In this document: one piece after another, positions 1 through 13,400 of the stretch
Numbering within the stretch: position 1 is the stretch's first letter
Layout of the letters: every line of letters begins with the position of its first letter
Program-made: the position numbers and the translations under genes
The notes under the pieces: generated by a model
Database searches by the model: none
What the model was told of the DNA's origin: nothing
Seen by the model: the letters and a program-made list of their open reading frames with translations, nothing else
DNA from: Catajapyx aquilonaris
Lineage: Eukaryota
Length of the DNA stretch: 55,482 nt
NCBI GenBank assembly: GCA_000934665.2
Contig: KZ539027.1
Location: 1 to 55,482, forward strand
Reading direction: 5' to 3'

Positions 1-444
1 CGTGTTTCATTTCCTTTTTCATCCGCTCTTTGTGGTTAATTATTATGTTTGATGCCTCATCTTCTCCTTGAGGAGCCACGTTTTGGAGTGAAGTAAGGCG
101 ATTTCCAAAACAAACCATTTTTGCTGTAAGTGGAACAGTAATTAGTGCTAACGCCAAAAATGCACTCAAATGGGGGAAATCAAATAGAAACGGAGTGTCG
201 CATAGAGGAACAGATCAAACATATAGTACGACAGCAGTGTAAATGTCAACAAATACGGATACATTATTACTTGGTTATCTAGGCTACTTACGTTGCTGAT
301 GTGTCCATTGCACTCGCGGCCTTCCGTTGCCAAACGAAGGCTGCTTCAGTCTTGTCAGTATAAGTTGCCTCCTGATCACCGCAAACCCGATAGACCTGAC
401 CTTCATCATGATGTCACACGCATGACGTTATCCCTAATCAAACA

Positions 445-827
445 GTTAATTTATTCACTTCCTGCATAAAATGCATAAAAGCAGTAAGTGAATGGAAAAA
501 AGCAGTCAATTATTTCATTCACTTACTGCATTTTATGCAGTAAGTGAATAAAATAACGCACTGCTTATGTTCCATTCACTTACTGCATAAACTGCGTGAA
601 ATGAATAAAAATAACGTGAATATGCACTATATGAATAACATTATTCATATAGTGCATTTAATTACTTACTTAGTGAACATTGTCGCTGCATAAATTTATG
701 CAGCTTTCAAAAGTGAATAAAATAATGCAAACCATTGACATTTCGTGCATAATTTCATGCGATAGATGCATATTCTGCTCCACATATTCACTTCGTGCAT
801 ATTTTAATGCACTCCAGGTTTTCAGTG
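445..827. mobile_element. Putative EnSpm/CACTA-like transposon end with subterminal repeats
   Basis: Degenerate direct and inverted copies of TTTATTCACTTACTGCAT/ATGCAGTAAGTGAATAAA, ending in TTTTCAGTG (reverse complement of CACTGAAAA) at 827. The other end is not seen. Confidence 0.45.
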
Positions 828-957
828 TAGATGCTTATTTTTAAGCATTTACTTTGGAAGAGTTACATTTAGTAGTTATAAAAAGTATTGGTTAGTAGGT
901 AATCTTAGGTTGTGCAGACTGTCATTTTTAATTATTTCATGATGGATAGTCCTGTTG

Positions 958-1316
958 GGGGAGGTGTGGTGGCCGTGATGGTAACGTCACGGCTTGCTGT
1001 GTGAAAGGCCCCAGGTTCGATCCCCGCCTGGGGAACTTTCCTTTCACCTGCGTCAGGAGGGTCTCTGACCTGCACCAAGGAGGTGTCTGGCAACCTAACC
1101 TCCTGGGGAACAGCACATGACCCGTTTGCAGACGTGCACCTTGCACCCATGTTCCCTCCCCAAAAATTCCCTATCCCTTCCCCATGTCCTTTCATCCTTG
1201 CACCGGAGTGAAGAAGAAAAAATAGAAAATTGAAGCAAATGGTGGTATCCCACCCCCCTAAAAGGGCCCATGGCCCTAGCACGGGGTAACGTAAAAAATA
1301 AAAAAAAAAAAAAATA
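958..1316 (+). mobile_element. tRNA-derived SINE, family A
   Basis: Pol III A box (TGGCCGTGATGG), B box (GGTTCGATCC), poly-A tail and 16-bp TSD ATGGATAGTCCTGTTG (942-957 / 1317-1332). Closely similar copy at 42721. Confidence 0.9.
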
Positions 1317-2811
1317 ATGGATAGTCCTGTTGAGGACTAAGTTTCTTGTTGTTTTTGTGACTTTTTTGTCTTCTTTTTGTCCAAAATGTGATGTAATATT
1401 AATGAATAACAATTTCGCCCCAGAATTAATCATTTTGATTCGTGGTGGTCCTTTTGAATGTAAAATGCCAGAAAAAATTCATCTAGGGTGTTCCAGAAAT
1501 AATTTTGTAAGAATCATCTGGCTCTCAGAACTTCGATAGTGTTTTATTTGGACCCTGTGATGACTCTTATAGGTTCTATAGGGGGGTGGTATACCACCAT
1601 TTTTCTATCAATTTTCTGATTTATCTTCACTCCGGTGCAGGGCACAGGGTGCAGGGAGGGTGGGATAGAAGTGTCCGGGGGCTGGTTATCGCTATCCTGA
1701 GGGAGATGGTTGACCTTCAAACAATTTCCATATACTTTGATCACTTGTCATGTCAAGTTGCATGTGAACCAGAAATTACAAGTACAGTACCATACTTGTC
1801 ATGACTATTAGATTTTCCAACACTTGTCCCTGGCTGCTGGCATGCGCCCCTGACAGGAATGCTACCAACCATACATACCACCTTGAATCTAGGCCTCCCA
1901 GATTCCAATATTCCAACAAAACACTTGTCACTAGTCTCTTTTCAACCTTTATGAAACTCATTGGTTGTAGTACAAGAGCCCCATTTACTGGCCTTATCTG
2001 CTTGTCATCCTGCTTTTCATCAATTTGTCACTAATAGTTTTATGAGACCAACCACGGATTATTACAAGGGACAAAGTCACTTGTATCAACGGTTCAAAAA
2101 GAATTGTCCCTCGCGTCTTTTTTGACTGATGATACAACTTTTCTGGTTTATGATAAAGGCTCCTGAAGTATTTTATGGTGATAATGTTGTCTGACTGAAG
2201 TCTTTAAGTAAATCTGGCTGGGACTACTGACTGCTGGGACTACAAAATCCATGTGCGCAACATTATCCCCAAATGATCTACCCATTGGTCCTATGTCTCT
2301 TGATGACATCCAAGGTCATCATTTTGTAATTACTAATATGAAATTAATGTATTATAAATAAATGCCTTTTGATACATTGAATGATTAAAATGTCTTGATG
2401 GTGCATTAGTATTGTTGTTGGTTTTGTTGTAATAAATACATTGTTGGAGGTAGGCTTATGTCTAGTATGTTACTAAGCAAACCCAATGCAGAAAGCAGCA
2501 GTTTTTACAGGTGGAATTTACTGTGTAGATTTTTGACACTGTGAAATTCTATTTGTGACTTGCAATATATTCTCATTTACAGTACCTACATGAAGTGGCC
2601 GAAATAATCCCCGAAAAACTGTTCTTGCTTTAAGTTTGATGTTCAGATTGTTTATTGCTTTTAATCATTAAAAATAGGCCATATAGCCATGACAGAGTTT
2701 CTGGTAAGTAAGGTCTCACAATTTGTTCTTGGACGTATCCCAGAGGACATCGTAGTCGTTAGTATAGTGTATTTCAGTGCCTATTACCATGACGAGTGAT
2801 GTTGATGTGTT

Positions 2812-3283
2812 TGTGATAGTCATGCCAATTAATCACATGATTATCTATAACATCATGAATAATTTTAGTGAGGGCCCTCACATAGATCAGTAATTAATCC
2901 CAACTGTCACAGTTGCAAGACGAAATTACTATAGACATTACAATATTACATTATCCCAGTTGCAGCGACCATTATCCTAGCTTGAACGACAACATCATGC
3001 ACAAGAGATGGGGTAACATTAGAATGCATAGGTCAACAAGAGATGCAGTATAAAAGGGAACACTATCTTATGACATACAGGTAGATGAGACAGTTAGGTG
3101 GTAGCAAGGGGTAACGAGCTACTACAATGTAACGCCTATTGTGAGGGGTAAACCCCATTTGTTATACTGTAACTATCTCTAATATATACTCAGTTTTGTA
3201 GTTGTGCGTCATTCTATATAACCCCAAGTCCTTCCGCATTACCCAACAATCACCACTTGTCACATTGGCGTCATGAACAGGAT
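2812..3283 (+). mobile_element. LTR retrotransposon remnant: 5' LTR plus primer-binding site
   Basis: TGTGA...TCACA ends (2812-3264), internal TATAAAA near 3049, followed by TGGCGTCATGAACAGGAT (3266-3283), complementary to the 3' end of a tRNA-Ser(CGA)-type tRNA. No gag/pol visible. The LTR start is inferred. Confidence 0.65.
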
Positions 3284-5432
3284 TAGGGTTGTGAGTTGGA
3301 AAATAGGACTGAGTAATAATAAACTGTTAGGCATGTTTGCGAATCGACATCGAGACGATGTGACGCTTGAACTGGTGTCATCACAGGTGCAAACACAGGT
3401 GAGTATAGCCATTTATTCTGCATTTTGAAGGCCATAGCTCTGAATAGTTGTTAGTGTGAGTATGTATGGAAGAGGATACTCCGGAGTCCGGAGACACAAC
3501 TAAACAGTGTGGAGAGAATATTAAGGGGGGGATAAAGATAATTTGGTAGTAAAAAGTTCTCTCTAACTAACAACAGCAGAACCGATTTTTTTTTTTTTTT
3601 GTGTGTAAGTGTAACTGACCTCTCTCTTACACATGTGTGCTGTACTTTTCCCATATTCTTAATGTAGATATTTTAAAAAGTCATTTGCATTCAGGAGTCA
3701 TTTTCGCCGTCGTAAAATTTTAAGTCATGGCGTAACAAGCACCCAAAAATGCGGAAAAATGAGGTGCTCCGGACCCGTGAAGCTGATTTTTATATTTAGA
3801 TATAACCTTTCGGCAAATAATAATTTTGTCAAAATTTGACTGATTTGAGAACTACTAGAAGTTGGGGGAACCCTAATTTTCACAGTTTTTATTGTGCCTA
3901 GGGGGAATGGTCAACCGCAAACGCGACCCTTCTTTTATGTAGGGAGGGTGGGATCCAGTGTCTCCTCTTTCGGCCAGAGTTGGAACTCGAAGAAGTCCTG
4001 ATTTTCGTTGTCCCCGCCTTAAAGCACAGTTTGCTCGTGAAGCCGAAATTCTACGAAGACTTGTAGACATACGGGACGAGAATAGGTTTCTCTGGCAGAC
4101 ATTGGCGATAAGTAATATGGAGGGAACAGGAGACAGCAGGAAGTCGGACACGGTGATAATACTCGTACTTGCACATGCAGATGTTAAGACAGCCGCGACA
4201 CAGACCGCCTGACAAATCCAGACAGGATTATTGCAGTCTGTACCAATTTTGTATGGGAGGAACGACAAAAATGTGACACTGTTCATAAGCAAAGGATTAG
4301 CATAAGTTGCAAATCATCCTCAGAAACTTTCTCCCTCTGGGTTTACCCATTATTTGCATTTGCTCAGTAGGTCACTGAATTTCATGAATATATTCCTTGT
4401 TTATCGAGGCAACAGAAGGGTTTGAATTGACTTTGTGCAATCTATATGAAACTTTCAGAGATGTCATTGGGATTGTCACTGCCATAGATCTTCTGAATTA
4501 CCAATACTGGTACTGTTCTTTATAGCATTGGGCAGTAGGACTGTTGATTAGAAAGAATAGGCCGAAAATGCATGGCACCCAAAATGAAAGAAAATAAAGA
4601 ATTTGGCATAGCTAGTGACTGATTAGTGCAGGAAGTTATTTCATTACTGAAAAACCCAATACTTGATGCAGATAATTATGTGCAACAAAATAGTATTTTT
4701 GTACAGTACTTGTGTACCAGTGTATAATGCAGTTGTGGGCTACAAACAATGATGATAAGTACATGCCTATCTTGATATCATTTCTTTATGCCCACCCTCA
4801 ATATTGGTGATGTAGCCAAGTACTTGTACAACAAAATAATAGCACCTGATTATTATTTATGTCACATTTCTTGTGCCACCAACCTGTGATCCAGAAGAAA
4901 AGGTGTCTGGACTATGAAGTGTCATACTTCAATTACACATATGAACAGGATTGGAGCATTCCCAATAAATATTACCAGTAGGTCTACTGTCTGCCTCCCT
5001 TGACCTTTTTAAATTGAGAATATACAGTAGCTAGTAACAGTACACTGTACACATACTTTGTGCATGAGAGAGCAGGGCAGATTGAATGTTGTTTTTTTTT
5101 GCACTTACAGTACATTATTTTGTCCCAACTTTTTGTTAAAAAAATTCGCAGATCATTGTTATTCTTGAAGCTTTGTACTCGTCATTTTTTACATCAACAT
5201 TACAATCTTCAAATCATATTAGGTCACATTTATATTTAGTCTCCCAGTGATTCAACCGGCCATCACACTCGTGGGGCACTTGAATCATGGCATGAAGCAA
5301 GGTAAACTATTGTATGAGCAAAATGGAATAACATTTAAACACCTAGAAGGGGAGTGAATCCACAAATTCAACGAAGAAACTTCTTGCCATTATTTCGCCA
5401 AGTTCATGACTTGAAGTAAGAATTTGACAATA

Positions 5433-6147
5433 GAGGGGTGTGGTGGAAAAACATGATAACCCTCATTTTTGACCTAAACACCTAGCAACTATGTAAAGGA
5501 CATGACAAACAGTTTGGTATAGGCTACTCAAAGTTCACGTATCATGCACGATACGGCAACATGGACTAGATCAAAACCTGCATTCCCTATGATTTGTGAA
5601 GAGAGTTCGACCAGGGAGCATAATTATACTACATAAGAGGCGCAAACTTCTGTCGGCGCCTTTGATGTTCGCGTCTCTCTGTATTTATAGGGCGTTGCCA
5701 AGGCTGGCGGCCATGTTGAAGTGCGTGGTATGCCAACGAGGTATAAATAGGGTACAGGCAAAAATAAGGCCAGCCATCTTTGATGCTTTTAGCGGCCATG
5801 GCAACTACACGGCAAGAACACGCGCGAATTTGAATTCAATATTGGAATGGGTAAGTAAATTGTTGCTGCCGTGTATTGCCATGGCAGCCAAAACCATCAA
5901 AGATGGCGGACCCCCGCGGACCTTGACGCCCTGCCTGTAGCCTACGCTATTTATACCTCGTTGGCGCACCACACACTTCAAAATGGCCGCCAGCCTTAAC
6001 GCCCTATAAACAGAGAGACGCAAAAATCGAATGTTTGCGCCTCTTATGTAGTATAATTATGCTCCCTGGTTCGACCTTCAATTCGTTCTCCTGACAAATT
6101 ACACTTTAGAGGGTTATCATATATGTTTTCCCCGGCCCACACCCCTC
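5433..6147. mobile_element. MITE family H (host element), interrupted by a nested insertion
   Basis: Ends AGGGGTGTGG...AAAACATGATAACCCTC / GAGGGTTATCAT...CCACACCCCT. Internal sequence is homologous to 35488-35888. Confidence 0.7.
5612..6068. mobile_element. Palindromic MITE with 7-bp TSD (P-element-like termini)
   Basis: CAGGGAGCATAATTATACTACATAAGAGGCGCAAAC and its reverse complement at the ends, near fully palindromic, TSD GTTCGAC (5605-5611 / 6069-6075). Confidence 0.85.
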
Positions 6148-6184
6148 AGTATTGTGTGTTGCAGTCACAGATTCCTGTCAAATG

Positions 6185-6288
6185 TACTATATCGCTCAAA
6201 AAGATAGAGACGATTGGCATTTGATTCAAGTGCAAGTTGCACTTGAGTCAAATGCAAAATCGTCTCTATCTTCTTGGGCGATATAGTA
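6185..6288. mobile_element. ~100-bp hairpin MITE (family P100)
   Basis: Near-perfect palindrome TACTATATCGCTCAAAAAGATAGAGACGAT...ATCGTCTCTATCTT...GCGATATAGTA. Further copies at 9139-9241, 27283-27386 and 50580-50669. Confidence 0.85.
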
Positions 6289-6926
6289 TACCTCATTTCT
6301 TTTCGTTCTCATTCGTGGTTTATAAATTGAAATGGACACCGTAAGCCACTGGGGCCAACTTACCCCATCAGGTGTCACACCCATTTGTTCAATGTACTTG
6401 ACTCTGCAAAGACTTTTCAAATCTTGGCCATATATGGTACTGTAATATGTATCAAAATTTTAAAAGTGAATAATGCATAGACATCCTGTACGTCAAAAGT
6501 TTGCCAATAATGCATGTCTTTGTATTTCATAGTTTTACTACGCAATTATCATTTTCAACTTTACATTCACAAATGCAAAATAATGGGGCTCTCTGACCGT
6601 GATTTTGCATTTGTGAATGTAAAGTTGAAAAATAATGAGAATTGCGTAAGAAATTTTAAAACATGGACTACCTTATTTTCCAGCCTTAGAAACATACCAT
6701 ACTCATTCACTTGAAGGGATGAAATAATTTGTATTTAAAAATAGCAAAATAACCACGCCGTTAGTGTCAGACACCCTAATGGGAATTCTAACAATAATGT
6801 GACCTTAGGAATATTCTGAATCACTCTGCTCATCTGCTGACAGAGTGCCACTTAAAATATTATACAAGGTTTTAAAATTTGGTTATTGTCAAATGTGGCA
6901 GCGCTATAGTGATATAGGCCTACTCT

Positions 6927-6928
<2 letters not shown>

Positions 6929-6978
<50 letters not shown>
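6929..6978. repeat. (CT)n microsatellite
   Basis: Direct observation. Confidence 0.97.
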
Positions 6979-6983
<5 letters not shown>

Positions 6984-7115
6984 GGTATTTGTGCACCCAA
7001 ATATGCTGTGCACAGTATTATGCCGATTGATAATATGGCATATACTGTCCTGTACCGTACATAGTGTATACAAGGTGATTCACTTGATAGTTGACCCAAA
7101 TGTACTGTACCTTCA

Positions 7116-7286
7116 GCGGCGTTCAAACGGAGAGAATAGGAACCTGGTTGCAGCCCCCGGTTGCAGAAAAGTTGCAGGATTTTTTTGGGTTGCTGCAACT
7201 TCCTATTCTCTCCGTGTATTTCAGGTTGCATGCAACCAGGTTGTAGCCACGTTGCTGCAACCAAGTTGCCTCGTCTGAACGCCGCT
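7116..7286. mobile_element. Short MITE with GCGGCGTTCA.ACG inverted ends
   Basis: GCGGCGTTCAAACG ... CGTCTGAACGCCGC, with internal GTTGCA/TGCAAC repeats. Confidence 0.5.
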
Positions 7287-7824
7287 TTCCTGATTGCCAC
7301 AGAATGCAAGCAAAGACACTGTATTTTGCTTTAACAGGCCATATTTGGTGATGCAAAAGGTGATGACATCAGAGTAGGACAGTAGGTGAGACTGAAAGTG
7401 GCCGACGCGACGCGAACTCCAGACACGGCGCGAATAACACTCCAGCTCTATAGTACAGGGCATCTATAAATCAAAATACCGTATTTAAAATGTGAAGATT
7501 GAACTTATGCTGTTCTTAATATTATGAATTGATTTAATACAACAGAATTCTGCAAGAGAACTTCCAGACAGGCAGCAACCCGACCAAATAATATTGCATT
7601 ATAAAAGTAGTTGTTTGAAAATCAGTAAAAACTACTGTGATTGGTTAATAGGCTACGTTAAGTTACACGAAGGCAAAGTCAAAACTTCAGCTGCAATATT
7701 GGGAGAGGCAGTCAGCATATTGGCTTATGTTACGCAGCCAGTGGCAGACTATTTTGTGAATATTACCAATAGCTAATTATTAGCTCTTGATATTACGGCT
7801 GTTATCAGATGCTTCAGACTTTAA

Positions 7825-8688
7825 CCCTTTGATGACGAAGTTTTTGAGCCATTGCCTTACCCCAGGGCCGGAGTTCTTTTTCCCCTTTTCCGGGATGACC
7901 TCACCGATTTTCTTGAAATTCGGTGCGTTGGTAGCCCACCCCAAGGGATGAAAAACGCACATATAGTTACCTGATCAAAATGACCCTGTGACCCATTTTT
8001 GAGGGGGGCAGAGGTCAAATCATGAAATTCCGACCTCACCGATTTTCTTGAAATTCGGTGCATTGGTAGCCCACCCCAAGGGATGACAAACGCACCTATA
8101 GTTACCGGATCAAAATGACCCTGTGACCCATTTTTGAGGGGGGCAGAGGTCAAATTCCGACCTCACATTTTCCTGAAATTCGGTGCAATAGTAGCCCGCC
8201 CCAAAGGATGAAAAACGCACCTATAGTTACTTGCTCAAAATGACCGATAATATATTTAAAAGGGGCATATGTCAATGTACCGAATTTCAAGAAATAGTGA
8301 GGTCGGAATGTGACCTCTGCCCCCTCAAAAATGGGCCACAGGGTCATTTTGAACAGGTGACTATAGGTGCGTTTTTCATCCCTTGGTGTGGGCTACCATT
8401 GCACAGAATTTCAAGAAAATCGGTGAGGTCGGAATTTGACCTCTGCCCCCCTCCAATATGGGTCGCAGGGTCATTTTTATCAGGTGACTATAGGTGCGTT
8501 TGTTATCCCTTGGGGTGGGCTACCAATGCACCGAATTTCAAGAAAATCGGTGAGGTTGGAATTTTACGAGTTGAAAAATGCCCCAAGTTGGCAGGGCAAA
8601 TCTCCGACATCATAATTTATTATGATGTCCGTAGACCCTACAGCAAAGTAAGCTCGGACATCATATGATGTCCGTAGGCATCAAAGGG
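7825..8688. mobile_element. piggyBac-type non-autonomous element with internal inverted arrays of ~125-135-bp repeats
   Basis: TTAA|CCCTTTGATG ... CATCAAAGGG|TTAA. About three repeat units (GACCTCACCGATTTTCTTGAAATTCGGTGC...) in each orientation. Confidence 0.85.
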
Positions 8689-9138
8689 TTAATTGTTATT
8701 AATAATATTATTTATATACGTATAAAAAACCGACAAATGACGAATAACGAAATACAATGTTTACAACTACGTATATTGTCGCAGATGAGTAGTTAGTCGC
8801 CAATCAAGCAGTACCGCCCCGAGCTACACACTTACCATGTTCAGGAAAAAGACACACTAAAATATATTCAAACATTATTCCAACAATCAATCAATCAAAT
8901 TGAGGCAAGCGCTGATGCCCTTGCTTCGTGTGTTCCACCAGGAACAAACTGTCCATCATGTTGTGCATATAACTTACATAATATTATGTGACGCTTCTTT
9001 CCAGTAGCCTACCCTGAAAACTAGTTAAGTTATTATACTTTTTGGATTTAGTTGCCAATAAAACACCAAACCTGCATCTTTTAGTCTCCGTTGTTTGTTT
9101 GTTTGTTTGTTTGTTTTTTTTTTGCTGGCAACAGTACG

Positions 9139-9241
9139 TATATATCGCTCAAAAAGATAGAGACGATTGGCATTTGATTCAAGTGCAAGTTGCACTTGAG
9201 TCAAATGCAAAATCGTCTCTATCTTTTTGGGCGATATAGTA
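9139..9241. mobile_element. Hairpin MITE, P100 copy
   Basis: Near-identical to 6185-6288. Confidence 0.85.
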
Positions 9242-9366
9242 CACTGTATTCTGTATACTCCCGAAGTCCCGATACCGTATATCCGGGCTAATGACTGCAC
9301 GGGTGGTCGAAAAATGGTCCTATAGATGCAGCAAAATGCAATGAATTATTCGCAGGTTTTAAATGA

Positions 9367-9680
9367 TAATAATAATAATAATAATAATAATTTGATACCC
9401 CATTATCAGCCTACGGGCTTTCCTAGGGGGGGATTTCTCCCAATTTTTTGTCTGGAACTCTTCCATTTTTACTATTTTTCTCATCACCGGAATGAAGCAG
9501 GGAAAGGGTAGGAAGGAGGCGGCTGTGGCCTATATTACGGTAACGACCCCGGAATTATCCTGCAAGGACCATGGGAAACCACAGAAAGCCATGGTCAGGG
9601 TCGCCGGCCTCCGGGATTCGAACCCAGGACCTCCCGATTAGCAGTCGGCCACCATACCACTACACCACTACTGCTTCGGT
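9367..9680 (-). mobile_element. tRNA-derived SINE, family B
   Basis: Minus-strand head ACCGAAGCAG, B box GGTTCGAATCC, (ATT)n tail, TSD CAGGTTTTAAATGA (9353-9366 / 9681-9694). Confidence 0.88.
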
Positions 9681-10309
9681 CAGGTTTTAAATGAACGACT
9701 GTACTACCGGTACTTTAAATAATATTTAATCAAAATTAGAAAAATTTGCATAAATTTTTAGTTTGTCTACTGGAAAAAGTCTGTTATATTTCTTTGTTTG
9801 CAAAAAAATTTGCAATTTTTCTTACTGTTCTTTGTTTTAGTCATGCACGGATAATCCGAAACACGGATAGGCACCCAGATAATCGGGAGTACAGTGTAGT
9901 TCAATACTCGTGCAGCAAAATTGTCAATAATGCCCATCGCTCTTAACCATACGTACCACAACTCAGATCATAGAATGGCAGCATTTTAATCCCCACATAA
10001 ATCCAAATGCCCCTTGTATATACAAAGGCTCCCATTTGTATACGCATAATTATCTAGATGGGATACAGTATAATATAGTACACTCATGAAATATATTCAA
10101 GAACAATGATTTTGAGTGGCCTGGATCACTAATAATGATTTTTTCATTACATCATCTGAAACGTGATCTTGCACATTGACATGGATGGTGAATTGGTGAT
10201 TCAAGGAAACTCCCATTTCTTTTCATGAGGATGCGGTTGGAGGCTGACCGCAGTTTACCTGCTAAAGAACGTTCTAGTTCCGCAAATAAACGTCAATTAC
10301 TTTTGACTT

Positions 10310-10465
10310 GCGAGTGCCATCAGCTGGTTGGAAGTGAGGCTAGAGTCGGCGCCGTCGCGAAACAGGAGGTCGCCGACATTCCGATATCAACAGGTGAAAG
10401 GCAAGACCAAAGTTGTTCCACTCTAGCCGGGAGGAATTGTACCCTGGCACCCACCGCTCCTACAC
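10310..10465 (-). pseudogene. Possible degenerate ankyrin-repeat fragment
   Basis: Minus strand reads VGARVQFLP, then after a frameshift SGTTLVLPFTC*YRNVGDLLFRDGADSSL. This resembles the ankyrin consensus (GxTxL...VxxLLxxGAD) but carries a stop and a frameshift. Confidence 0.3.
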
Positions 10466-13400
10466 TGAGGGTACAATACAAGCATATCCTACTAACGTTC
10501 TATTGCAACGTAAGTCATCACTTTAACGTTGTTTTCATTATTATTTTATTATTACTTTCAAGTGGCAATTGCAGTTTAGTTTATAGGCTACCGTATGTTT
10601 CAGAATTGAGGTCATATCCCGAATCTCGTTCTTACGAACTTCTGAGTCATGTTTCGCGTGAAATCATGCACACCGTGTGGCCTATTAAATGGGCTTTCAG
10701 GGGGGGGGGGGTGAATTCATTGCCCCACTTGAAGGTGAGGCGAAGGAGCGAGTGGAGATGCGCATTTTTACAGATACGGATGTGACCTTCTTCTGAAACG
10801 CACTGGTATCCTACATATAGGCTGAAGCAGGTGGTCTGAGGTCACACCGCCCTTCCCCTGCCAAGAGTATTATTATGAAAAATAATGAATCCATAATGGA
10901 AAACTTTGTAGTTTAGACACTATACTGTATAGTCTCTATGAACCTGTCCTTGTTCAATCATTAGCTGAATTTAAATGCCCTCTACAAATTATGTGGTGAG
11001 TTTCTTACAATGTTACAAATTGCATGATACTGTATAGCGCTGTATAGCTTGGAACTATTAGACGCGTGGATGTGTTAATTTTGGGATCTTAGAAAGGACA
11101 CAGTCCAGATTCATTCTTGGGTATGATGCATATATCCACTTGTTGTTGGGAAATCATGACGTCAAAAGTATCACTGACGTCAAAGCACCTGGCACTTGGG
11201 CGTTTGTATCATACCTGGAATAAGAGGACGGTCATTCCGTAGGATACAGACGAATATTTCCCGCCTTCGTTTCCTATGCGCATAAATATTTTCTCTTGTC
11301 AATAGGTTCGGTCATGTCATGAAGTAGCTATGCACAATGTGATAATTATAAGATACCGCTGTGTTAACTATGTCATATTAAAGATTCCAGGCACCTAGTC
11401 AACATTTTTTGTCAAAGTGTTATAAGCCCAAGTTCACACTTGCCAGCTACAGACCTATGGCCTAATAGAGGAGAGGAGAACATGACCTTGCAAAGGCCAG
11501 TAATGCCGCGAATATTATATTATTTGCGATCAGTTTGCCACGTACGTTTGTTGTTGCCAGACAGGCAGACTGTCTCCTGGACGTCTGCGACCAATGAAAT
11601 ATTGAAAAACAGTACTGATTGCATATTTGGGTGATAAAATTATGCTGTGCTTTCATGTGTAAAGATGAGGAGCTGTGGGAACTATCAGAATCGAAGAACT
11701 CGTTCTTACATAATTCACGAGGATTTTATAAAGATGTTTAATGCATTTATTGTCTTGTTGAATCTCAAGGTAAGCCTACGACTCTTAACAATGTGAGGGG
11801 AAAACGCCGTATCACTCTGGGGTAGTGCGTGTTTTGAGTGACTGGATCGGCTTTTCTGTTCTTCTGCTAATTAGAAATGCTGCTACCGTCAACAACTTTG
11901 AACCATGGTAACCCGTGAGAAACCTTATGGGAGAATCCTCATTAGCACAAGCAAGGCTACTATAGCAGCTAGTCTTAGCAGGAAGACGAAAAATCCACCC
12001 ATTGTTGTTGAAGAAAATAAGAAGCCCCATTAGAGTTACACGCCATAAAAATAAATTGGCAAAGAAATTATATAGGCCTACGTAAAAATAAGACAAACAT
12101 TATTGCAGGATTCTTTAATGAAAAACAATTGCTTCGAATGAACACCACAATTCATTCATTAGTAGATAGTCCTTGAGATGGAATCTTTTCCATCGATTCA
12201 TATTCGAAAAGTCGGTCACGCAATTTGGTCATTCTGAAGTGAAGGTTACTTCCCCTACTGGTCCATATTTTTACCGCAAGTCACATTAACCAACCTCAGA
12301 AATAACTTAATGACAAGGCCTTTCCGTTCGATAACGATCGTAATTCATACATACCTTCTCGATTGACTTAAGGAAAAATCCAATGACCTGCACTCTTGTG
12401 TAAACAACGAGCCTTAACTGATTTGATGGTTGAAAGTAAAGGAAATATCCGGCATTTTTAACCGCTTATTATTACCCAAGGTCTCCACCTATACACAACA
12501 TGACGTAATTGTTCCCACCAAAAATAAGGTAGCAGCACGTGCCACATCTGAAATTTGTGACCTTCGAAAAGAAAATACATTGTGGAGTGGGGGTTGTAGG
12601 GTTACAACTGTCTTAGCAGTAGGGTAGGTTTGAGTGAAAGAAAGGACTACTTTACACACAGGGATCCCTCTAAAATCGGAAGAGGTGAATGAAAACCGGG
12701 AGTGGCATGTAGCCAGTTGGCTCCCAATATTTCTAAGTAATTATGAGGCACTTACTGGGCATCCGACACACACACAAAATACCGGGAATCATATGGAACC
12801 CCCCNCCCCCCCCCCCCCGAGAGTAGTAGCAGTGGTATAAATGACATTCGGAAAAGATTATAGTGGAAGGTCAGTGTCATTTTAAAATAAATATATCAGG
12901 GTGAGATCAGTAAAAAAAACATTAATGATTTTGTGGCATATGATAAAATTTTGCATCACTTAGTGCTTGTTAATTTCCTGTATCTTTTAATCAATCCTCA
13001 CAGTTGTTTCCTTTATGGTCACTGTTGCTGCTTGGACCTTCCAGAGGCCAAGACTTAGTAGCCTTCAGTTTGAGTACACTTTATCCTGACGAGTAGGCAG
13101 CCATGGTGTCAGTATGCCTGAGTGGGTGAAGTAAGTTACAGGCTAGATTTGTCGTTAGCCTTGTCAACAACATATAACCTACTGTATTTTGCAATATGGC
13201 GGGGGAGGACATCCCGGTTTGCGTCATGAAGCTAGAGGAATGCGGTAAAAACGCCGGATATTGTTGCCCAACCTGGAGCCCTTTTGTAGGCTACCCCATG
13301 TGGATCGGCAAGACCACTTCCCGAAACTTCTTACCATGTCATTGAGCAATGTTGTACTTTGGACTTAGTGTCGCCATGTATTCATTAGCGAGAGGAAGCA

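Noticed and set aside
3873..4292. 139-aa minus and 84-aa plus ORFs downstream of the LTR
   Set aside because: No gag, protease or RT motifs and no other recognisable domain.
7895..8560. Regularly spaced repeats that superficially resemble a CRISPR array
   Set aside because: Eukaryotic context, whole units repeat without unique spacers, no cas genes, and the array lies inside a TTAA-flanked transposon.
10225..10785. 186-aa plus-strand ORF
   Set aside because: No recognisable family; partly explained as the antisense of a decayed ankyrin-like fragment.
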